In this document: piece after piece, positions 12,241-20,278 of the stretch
Position numbering within the stretch: position 1 is the first letter of the stretch
How the letters are laid out: the number at the start of each line of letters is the position of its first letter
Source: an uncultured Verrucomicrobiae bacterium
GTDB taxonomy: Bacteria; Verrucomicrobiota; Verrucomicrobiia; Chthoniobacterales; JAFAMB01
Direction of reading: 5' to 3'
DNA length: 64,000 bases
NCBI GenBank assembly: GCA_963782115.1
Contig: CAWAIK010000004.1
Coordinates: 1-64,000, forward strand
Notes under the pieces: model-generated
What the model was told of the DNA's origin: nothing
The model's input: only the letters and a program-made list of their open reading frames with translations
Databases searched by the model: none
Position numbers and translations under genes: made by a program

Positions 12241-12870
12241 TTAAGGGCGAGGGCCCTTTTGCGTAAGGACGCGGCGTACGGAGGTGCGACCGACATTTAG
12301 TCGTTTGGCGATCTCGCGTTTACTGAGTCCCCTGGCGAAGAGACGTTTAATTTCGGCACTGCGTGCTTTGACGGTCGGTGGTCGGCCATGAAGCTGACCT
12401 CTTGCTCTTGCTTGCGCAATGCCAGCCTTCACACGCTCGCGCAAGATTTCGCGCTCAAACTCAGCGAAAACGGCCAGCATGCCGGCCAGCGCTCGCCCGC
12501 TTGGGGTGGTTAAGTCAAGCGCTTCGCACAAGGAGACAAAGCCGACGCCCAGCGTCGAGAGTTCTTGAAGCGAACCGATCAGATCGAGCAAGGATCGCCC
12601 CCAACGATCCAGGCGCCAGACCAGAATCGCATCAATCTGACGGCGCCGTGCCGCATTGATCAGTTCTTCGCGTTGCGGTCGCTCACTGGCGCCCGAACCC
12701 ACATCTTCGACGGCTTTGACCACTTTCCAGCTGCGCCGCCTGGCGTACTGGCGCATCGCCTTCACCTGCAAAGGCAGCGTCTGCTGATCATGAGTCGATA
12801 TCCGCGCATAAATGCCAACGCGAAGCGGTTCTACCCTGGCCAAAAACCCTCCTCGAGCACCACCCCGCAA
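12241..12870 (-). CDS. tnpR: serine resolvase with C-terminal HTH
   Basis: VGIYARIST (catalytic Ser), RLDRWGRS, FAEFEREILRERVKAG, GRPP and a C-terminal HTH; divergent from tnpA. Confidence 0.93.
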   Translation of the reverse strand: MRGGARGGFLARVEPLRVGIYARISTHDQQTLPLQVKAMRQYARRRSWKVVKAVEDVGSGASERPQREELINAARRRQIDAILVWRLDRWGRSLLDLIGSLQELSTLGVGFVSLCEALDLTTPSGRALAGMLAVFAEFEREILRERVKAGIAQARARGQLHGRPPTVKARSAEIKRLFARGLSKREIAKRLNVGRTSVRRVLTQKGPRP

Positions 12871-13677
12871 CCCCCTCTAAATGCAGGGGGCACTTTGCTC
12901 AAAAACGCTATGGCGTAAAACATTAGTTAAAGGTCATACTATGCCCGATTTCTCGTCCAGGAACAGCTCATGCCACGCAAAGCCGTTTTGAGTGCAGCTC
13001 AGCAAGCGGCTTTGATCGCATTGCCGAGCACAGATCACGACCTCCGGCTGCACTATACGTTGAGTGAGAATGATCTTGCGATCATCCGAAGCAAGCGTGG
13101 CCCGCATAACCGACTCGGCTTCGCCATCCAGCTGTGTCACATGCGCTTTCCGGGCCAGGCCATGGCCCTGGAGGCAGAACCGTCGGCCGAGCTCTTAGCG
13201 CACGTCGCCCAGCAAATTCAGGTCGCTCCCGACACCTGGACCGAATATGCCTCGCGAGACGAAACCCGACGCGAGCATGCGCTCGAACTGCAAAGCGTCT
13301 TTGGCTACCGGCCGTTTACGATTGCCGAGTACCGCCGGCTACGTGGGTGGTTGACCGACCTTGCCCTGCAGACCAGCAAAGCCTTGGCGCTGGCCGAACA
13401 ACTCATTGAATCGTTACGCAGCCAACGCGTCATTGTTCCGGCGGTCACCATGATCGACCGGCTGTGCGCCGAGGCGCTCGCCCGTGGCGTAAAGTTGCTC
13501 TATCAACGGCTGACCCAATCGCTCGACGGGGACGGCTGCGCCAAACTGGATGCCTTGCTGTTGCCGCGGGAAGATCTGCGCACGGTCGTGCTTACCTGGC
13601 TTCGACAACCGCCCGGAGAGCCAAAGGCCCGGAATGTGCTCGCCCATCTCGATCGGCTGCATCGAATTCGTGAAGTA

Positions 13678-16284
13678 CAGACCTCACTAAATTCCGGTCT
13701 GAGGGTAAAAATCAGACGCAGATTTAATTCCTGGAAAACTGGCTTCACAGCGCCCCCGGACGGTGGTTCGAGGGGGGCGCCGGAAGCTTCAATCACTCCT
13801 GGCGATGGAGAGCCGCAGCTCGCTGCGGCTGGCCAGACGCAACCTGAATCGTCGCCCGCTGCCGTCGGGGAACACCGGTTCTTTGGCATTGAGTTCTGCC
13901 AACAGCTCGGTGATGATTCGCCGCACTCGTGGAGGGTAGTTTACCCGCGGCATCAGATGCACCACGATCTGCTCTGCTGCGACTTCCAATACCCCGCTGC
14001 ACTGCGTCAACTGTCGGAACTGATCATGATCGTCGCGGTAATTGTTATAGGCCTTCTTGAAAGGTCCCAGCGCCGCGTAGAACACGTTGCGGGCGATCAC
14101 TCGAAAGTTGTCCATCAAGCGCTTCTTGTCCGGATCCAGCCGGACCATCTGCTCCTCGATCAGACGTTCCAGGCGTGACTCGGTCTTTTGCACCGTCTCG
14201 GCCCTAACTTCCAATTCGGCCAGTTCCCGGCTTAGAGCCTCAATCTGTTGCTGGCGCTCCGGCTTGTCGCTTTGCCAGCGGATTTGCGCCTTGCGCAAGC
14301 GACTCAATTCCTTATTGGTCTGATCGGCAACTGGCCCCGGTTCGAGTTCTTCTATGCGTTTGTGGCGCAGTGTGGCTGCGTGCTCGCTACGGGCCTGGAG
14401 CAATAACAGCCGCCCTTGCCCAGCCCGAAGCTGGCGGCGTTGCTCCCCTAGGGCTTTGGCTTCAGCGCTGCGCACCTGTCGATCCTCTACATGCTCGGCT
14501 AACTCCTCGTAGCCGACGACTCCGTAGCTGGTGATCTGGTTGATGCCAAAATGCTTGTCCAGATACTTGAAATCGTTCTCCTGGACCCAGCGGCAGAATA
14601 TCAACCGGAGAATCTCGCTCGCCTCGCGCTGGGTGTCGTCGGTCAAAACCGCCACTTGAATTGAGTGGCCACTGGGGTTGGTCGCTTGCACCACGATCTG
14701 GCGCAGCCGCTCGTCTTTGGGCCAGCGCCGGTCCCAATATTGCAGATGATAAGAACGGATGTCATCGGCGCGATTACGCGTCCTCTCGATCACCATCGAG
14801 CCGCTCACTCCCTCTGCGGGCGGCCAACTCTGCGCCTGATAACCTTTCTCCCAGGTGATCAGATGCATCCTCTCATCGCAGAGCACCTTCTCGAAGACTT
14901 CCTGCCCGAAAATACCTCGGTCTGCTACCCAGCTCATCGCCCGCTCCTGGGGCCACTCCAACACTTGGCGACAACGCTCCACGAGCTCGAAAAAGCGCTG
15001 ACGCAGATCGGAAAAGTTATCGCTCGTCTCAAAGTAAAGCGGTTCTCCGGCTGCCGTGTGGATAAAATCGCTGTGCATCGCCTTGTCCGCTCCCCGAATA
15101 GCCGGACACCATCCTTGGAGCACATTCTCCTGGCCGGTGTACTGCTTGGTATGCGGATCGAAGTAGAAGTCGCTCTGCTCGCCGGCTCCCAAGCACCGGG
15201 CATTGAAGCAGGCCAGCCTTTGAAAGCTCGCCTGCGTCGCCAGCCGTTCCAATTCCTGGCGCTGGGGGTGCGGAAAGCGCACCACCGAGCCCAAGAGCTG
15301 CGCCATGTCTTGCCAGTTCAGGAACTTGGTCTGTTCGATATTCAGCGCGCCCAACAGCAAACTGGCCAGCCATTGTGTGAAGCGTGCCTCCGGCGGATCG
15401 AGCACCTGCGCGATGGCCAGCAAGCTCGGCGCAAAGACCAGCACCCCAGCGTGATCACACCACACCGTCTGCGGCGCTGCTTGCAGTGCCGGACAACAAC
15501 CGCAAGTAATCTCCTCGCTTTGCGAGCTAACCCTTTGATTTTCAGGAGCATTTTGCCCAGACTGCTGGAGACCGTCTGCGGTTGTTGGCTCGGCCCCAGA
15601 CTCATTTGGCGACCCAGTCGCTGCTTGCTCGGCTCCGTGGGTGCCTACCACAGGCTGGCGCTTTAACTGCCCGATCAAAGGCCGCAGCGTTTCTTGGCAA
15701 AGCTTCACCGCGAAGACCGACTCAATTTCTTCGCGCAGCCGTTTACCAATCCCGTAGGTTTCCGAGCGGCTCAAATCCGCCCACCGTGCTCGCACGTAGG
15801 CCTCAATCTGCGGCGTCAGCTTGCGCCCGGCCCGACGTCCAGCCAGCACTCGCACCAATTCTTCGCCATCACGGTTGCGTAGCGCTGCTGCCCAGCGTTG
15901 AATGGTTTTTAGATCGACCCTGAAGGTCTCTTGCAGAACCCTCCGGCTCAATCCGGCGTTGTACAGTCGGCCCACCAGCATCTTGAAGCTCGGTGCGTTC
16001 CGGTCCGCTGGCACCACCTCCAGCAATTCCAAACCGTAGTAAACGTGCAGTTGCTCCTCGCCGTCATCTTCCTCCCATTCATACACCGTGAAGAGCGCAT
16101 TGCGTTTGTCGGTCCCCAGAATCAGTTGGCCAGTGGCGATCATAAGCCTCCATTGGACATCTCATCGCCAGGCCGACGCCAGCACAACCTGCCGCTTTAA
16201 TGGCGCCTATCGCGCCGATCAAATTTGCACGGAATTAGACCTGCGCTTCCCTGTTGCCCGAAAACCCGCTTTTAGTGAGGTCTG
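13678..16284 (-). mobile_element. 2607-bp IS of uncertain family inserted in tnpA
   Basis: Perfect 14-bp IR CAGACCTCACTAAA; 6-bp duplication GAAGTA at 13672-13677 and 16285-16290. Confidence 0.93.
13789..16143 (-). CDS. 784-aa DDE transposase (N-terminal HTH, long coiled coil after the catalytic Glu)
   Basis: FYFDPHTKQY (D), WVADRGI (D) and RWVQENDFKY (E); fills the IS between its IRs. Confidence 0.85.
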   Translation of the reverse strand: MIATGQLILGTDKRNALFTVYEWEEDDGEEQLHVYYGLELLEVVPADRNAPSFKMLVGRLYNAGLSRRVLQETFRVDLKTIQRWAAALRNRDGEELVRVLAGRRAGRKLTPQIEAYVRARWADLSRSETYGIGKRLREEIESVFAVKLCQETLRPLIGQLKRQPVVGTHGAEQAATGSPNESGAEPTTADGLQQSGQNAPENQRVSSQSEEITCGCCPALQAAPQTVWCDHAGVLVFAPSLLAIAQVLDPPEARFTQWLASLLLGALNIEQTKFLNWQDMAQLLGSVVRFPHPQRQELERLATQASFQRLACFNARCLGAGEQSDFYFDPHTKQYTGQENVLQGWCPAIRGADKAMHSDFIHTAAGEPLYFETSDNFSDLRQRFFELVERCRQVLEWPQERAMSWVADRGIFGQEVFEKVLCDERMHLITWEKGYQAQSWPPAEGVSGSMVIERTRNRADDIRSYHLQYWDRRWPKDERLRQIVVQATNPSGHSIQVAVLTDDTQREASEILRLIFCRWVQENDFKYLDKHFGINQITSYGVVGYEELAEHVEDRQVRSAEAKALGEQRRQLRAGQGRLLLLQARSEHAATLRHKRIEELEPGPVADQTNKELSRLRKAQIRWQSDKPERQQQIEALSRELAELEVRAETVQKTESRLERLIEEQMVRLDPDKKRLMDNFRVIARNVFYAALGPFKKAYNNYRDDHDQFRQLTQCSGVLEVAAEQIVVHLMPRVNYPPRVRRIITELLAELNAKEPVFPDGSGRRFRLRLASRSELRLSIARSD

Positions 16285-18544
16285 GAAGTAAAGCTCCCGG
16301 CTAACCTTGGCCACGCGGTCCATCAGGGACGCCTAGCGCAGCTTGCGCGTGAGGGCGCGCAAATGAGCGCTCAACACTTACGAGACCTGGAAAACCAACG
16401 ACGGCATGCCACGCTGATTGCCGTCTTACTCGATACCGAGGCTACGATCACCGATCAGATCCTCGACATGCACGACCGCATCGTGGGGCGGATGTTCAAC
16501 GAGGCGAAGCGCAAGCATGAACAAAGCTTTGCCGAGTCGGGAAAGGCGATAAACGAAAAGGTTCGCCTGTACGTTCGAGTCGGTCATGCGTTGATCGACG
16601 CACGGCAAAAAGGCCTCGATCCCTACACAGCAATCGAAGCCATTGTGGCCTGGGACCGCTTCACTCAAAGTGTGGATGAGGCGGAGCGGCTGGCCGAGCC
16701 GGAATCCTTCGATCATCTGCATCTTCTCACCGAAAGTTACGGTCAAGTGCGCCGTTACGCGCCAGCGTTGCTGGAGACATTCTACTTTGGTGCAGCGCCC
16801 GCCGTTGCTCCCTTGCTGGCGGCGATCGACACGTTGAGGGGCATGAATCGCAGGAACGCGCGCAAGGTGCCCGACGATGCACCGACTGGTTTCCTGCGTC
16901 CGCGCTGGAAACCCTACGTCCTCACCGAGGCTGGTGCGGATCGCGCGTTTTATGAACTGGCGGTGCTTACGGAGCTCAAAAACGGGTTGCGCGCCGGTGA
17001 CGTGTGGGTGCCCGGTTCGCGCCAGTTCAAAGACTTCGAAGCGTATCTGTTGGGGCGAGAGCGGTTCGCCAAGCTGCAAGACGCGCAAGCTCTGCCGGTC
17101 GCCATCGAGGTAGACAGCGACCGTTATCTGCAGGCGCGTCTTGCACTCCTCCAAGATAAGCTGCACCAAGTCGATCGACTCGCGGGTCAGGGTGAACTGC
17201 CGGATGCAGAAATTACAGGTGAGTTGCTTAAAGTAAGTCCCCTGAAGAAAGCGGTGCCCGAGGAGGCGGAGCAACTCGAAGAGGAAGCCTTCGCTCTCAT
17301 GCCTCACCTGAAGATCACCGAGCTTCTGCTTGAGGTCGATCAGTGGACCGACTTTACGCGTCACTTTACGCACCTCAGGAGCGGCGAGTTGGCCCGAGAC
17401 CGCACGATGTTACTAACCGTAATCTTGGCGGATGCAATCAACCTGGGCTTGGCAAAGATGGCCGAAGCGTGTCCAGGGACTACCTTTAACAGGCTCGACA
17501 GCTTGAGAGCTTGGCATGTCCGTGACGAGACCTACTCCAAAGCCCTCGCCGAAATAGTCAATCACCAGCATAGCTTCCCATTTTCCGGCCATTGGGGCGC
17601 GGGGACAACCTCCTCGTCTGACGGACAGTATTTTCACGTCGGTGGGCGCGGTGAACACGCCGGCCAAGTCAACGCTCGTTACGGCAGTGGTCCTGGGGTT
17701 ACCTTCTACACGCATATCTCGGACCGCTACGCGCCCTTCCACACCAAAGTCATTAACGCGACGGTGCGCGACGCAACCCACGTGCTCGATGGACTGCTTT
17801 ACCATGAATCGGACTTGCGAATCGAAGAACACTATACCGACACGGCCGGCTTCACCGACCACGTGTTTGGCCTCTGCCACTTGTTGGGCTTCCGTTTTGC
17901 GCCCCGCATTCGTGATCTCGCCGACCGGCGGCTGTACACCGCCGAAAAAGCCAAGCGCTATCCGACGCTTCAGCCCTTTATCGGAGGCACGATCAACCTC
18001 AAACAACTCCTGGCCCAGTGGTCAGAGATCCTACGGCTTGGTTGCTCCATCCGCCTGGGCACGGTGACCTCCTCGCTGATCCTGCGAAAACTGGCCAGCT
18101 ACCCGCGACAGAATGCTCTCGCCTTGGCTTTGCGGGAATTTGGCCGGATCGAACGCACACTCTTTACGCTCGACTGGCTGCTCGACAAGAATCTGCGTCA
18201 GCGTGTGACCGCCGGCCTCAACAAAGGAGAACTCAAAAATTCGCTGGCGAAGGCCGTCTGCTTTAATCGCTTAGGGGAGCTGCGCGACCGCAGCTTTGAG
18301 GCGCAACGTCACCGCGCAAGCGGCCTCAACCTGGTGGTCGGCGCGATTATCCTGTGGAATACCGTTTATCTGGAGCGCGCAATTGGGGCGCTTCGCCAAC
18401 AAGGGCGGCAAATCGACGAAGGCTTACTCAAGCATGTGGCGCCGGTCCATTGGAACCACATCAACCTCACCGGCGATTACTCCTGGCGGCAGAACAAACG
18501 CGTCGAGAAGGGCGGTTTCCGGCCACTCAGGATCTCGCCTGAAC

Positions 18545-18582
18545 CTTAGAGTACTTTATTTCCCCTTTCGTCAAACGACCCC
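18545..18582 (-). repeat. Tn3 right terminal IR
   Basis: Reverse complement GGGGTCGTTTGACGAAAGGGGAAATAAAGTACTCTAAG; overlaps the tnpA stop codon. Confidence 0.95.
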
Positions 18583-18670
18583 AAGTTGCCCAGGACGGCA
18601 AGACGCTGAAGAGCAATCGGTTGGGCGACAACTTTTTCCAGTACAGCGCGCCTACAACGCGTCGACAAAG

Positions 18671-19804
18671 TCACCGAAGGAGGGACGCAACGGCGGATCT
18701 TTCCCATTCGGGGTAGTGCTGGGGAGCCGCGCGAAACCGAGTCCAAGCCTCATTCAGCAAAGGAACCGGCGAGGAGACGTCCACGATTCCGGAGGATTCA
18801 CTGCTTTCATTCTCCAGTCCCACCGGAGACGCTTCTGTCAGCATGTCGGCAATGGTTTGCTGGACGACCGGTCTTAGCTCCGGCTCGTAAAAGCCGTGAT
18901 AGTCCTCGGTCACATGCATCGCATCCGCGATAGTGCTCCAATGAAGCTCAAGTTCTCGTGCTTGTTCCTCCTTCCCTTGCCGGCGAGCCCGATCAACTAG
19001 TAGTCGGACGCGGAGCCATGTCACCGGGTGCTCGCGACGATGGAGTTCCTTCTCCTTCACGTAAAACTGGCTGCGGCCTCGCATGCACAGATACATCGAA
19101 AAGGCATAGGCAAAGCAGGGACCTCCGATCGTGTAGCCGGCGGCATCGCAGAATAATTCCTGTGTCCACTCGTACCAGGTTTCCACGATGATGCTCCGTT
19201 TCTCTTCCTCCCGTTTCGCCTGCAGGTCATCGCGCAACACGCTGGGTAGGAGCAGTTCACCTATTTGCTCCTGCAACTCCCGCACGAGTTGGTCCATCTC
19301 GTCGCGATGGCACGCATAAAGCACGTGTCCGAATTCGTGAAAAAAGATGGGAAGATACAACAGTCCGTGCTGAGCCGAGCACGGCATAAAGTAAATCGTC
19401 GGGAGCGGCGGTACCGGCCACGAAGCGAAATCTCCGTCGCTCAGCGCCGCAGGGATGTTCCGTGTTCGCGGATGTGAGAAATGTAGCCACTGCAGAATCT
19501 TAAGTGACAACCGATCCGATTCGCGCGCTCGTAAAACCGGACTGACAAGCCAGCGGTTGAACTGGTGAAACTCGCGCGTTACGGCCTGCGTGCTACTCAG
19601 GATTTCCGGGAGGATGTCGTCGCGTAGAAGTTCAAGACGGCCCAGATTCCGGACGACCGCTTTGCGTAACGCTTCACACTTGCCGAGGACCCATCGGTGG
19701 TAAACTTCGAGCTCGGCCGGAACCGAGAGCGGTCGGATGATCACGCCGAGCTGCTCCAGTTCCCGCAGCAAATCGAGATTACTGTGGCGCAGGATTTCTT
19801 TCAA
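18671..19804 (-). CDS. putative zinc metallopeptidase (HEXXH, gluzincin-like); last gene of the pAgo operon
   Basis: IFFHEFGHVLY, a downstream ELFCD (third-ligand ExxxD) and HPVTWLR; the TTG start overlaps the upstream stop (TTGA). Confidence 0.75.
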   Translation of the reverse strand: MKEILRHSNLDLLRELEQLGVIIRPLSVPAELEVYHRWVLGKCEALRKAVVRNLGRLELLRDDILPEILSSTQAVTREFHQFNRWLVSPVLRARESDRLSLKILQWLHFSHPRTRNIPAALSDGDFASWPVPPLPTIYFMPCSAQHGLLYLPIFFHEFGHVLYACHRDEMDQLVRELQEQIGELLLPSVLRDDLQAKREEEKRSIIVETWYEWTQELFCDAAGYTIGGPCFAYAFSMYLCMRGRSQFYVKEKELHRREHPVTWLRVRLLVDRARRQGKEEQARELELHWSTIADAMHVTEDYHGFYEPELRPVVQQTIADMLTEASPVGLENESSESSGIVDVSSPVPLLNEAWTRFRAAPQHYPEWERSAVASLLR

Positions 19805-20241
19805 AAGTCGCCGAGGATTCGGAGTTCATCTGCCTGCACGTGCTCCTCGATCAATGTCCGCAGGTCAGCTAGAGATTCCAGCAGAGCGCGGCGCTCCTCG
19901 GCGGATTTTGCATCGAGCAGTTCTTCGGGTTTGGGGAGCGTCTTTCGGAACAAAGCGGAATGAAATCGTCGCCCCTTGGCCGCCAAAAAGCTTTTGGCCA
20001 ACTGCCGCAGTCGTGTGTCGGCACCAATCACAGGCTTTGCTTCCGACGCCTCCTCAACAAACGTCTTCAAGTCGTTTAGAAACGCCGCAATTATTCCGCG
20101 AGCATTCTCCACCGCCTCAGGCGGCTCGCCATCCAACACGCCGGCGAGTTTTGATTTGATGTGGATCGCGAGCGTATTAATCGCGGCGAGCAGATCCTGG
20201 CTGTGCTGAAAACTTTGAATGGCTAACCATTGAGTGCTCAT
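19801..20241 (-). CDS. hypothetical all-helical protein (146 aa) in the pAgo operon
   Basis: GGAG 7 nt before the ATG; amphipathic helical pattern; coupled to the peptidase gene. Confidence 0.8.
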   Translation of the reverse strand: MSTQWLAIQSFQHSQDLLAAINTLAIHIKSKLAGVLDGEPPEAVENARGIIAAFLNDLKTFVEEASEAKPVIGADTRLRQLAKSFLAAKGRRFHSALFRKTLPKPEELLDAKSAEERRALLESLADLRTLIEEHVQADELRILGDF

Positions 20242-20278
20242 AAATTAGCTCCGGGTTCAGGTCTGAAAGCCGAGGCTT

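Larger units (their letters stand above)
12970..18549 (+). pseudogene. tnpA: Tn3-family transposase interrupted by an IS at 13678-16284 (988 aa when reconstructed)
   Basis: DUF4158-type start (NRLGFAIQLC...RFPG). Joining 12970-13677 to 16291-18549 gives an in-frame junction [15 protein letters not shown] motifs SSSDGQ, HYTDTAG and LNKGE. Confidence 0.95.
8700..18582 (+). mobile_element. complete Tn3-family transposon (tnpR and tnpA divergent) carrying two nested ISs
   Basis: 38-bp IRs at 8700-8737 and 18545-18582 (34/38 identical); 5-bp target duplication AAGTT at 8695-8699 and 18583-18587. Confidence 0.95.

Noticed and set aside
13678..14178. C-terminal part of ORF 12970..14178
   Set aside because: It is read-through of tnpA into the antisense strand of the inserted IS.
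14665..18006. Long ORFs 14665..15666 (+), 16426..17373 (-) and 17413..18006 (-)
   Set aside because: They are antisense shadows of GC-rich transposase genes and carry no motifs.
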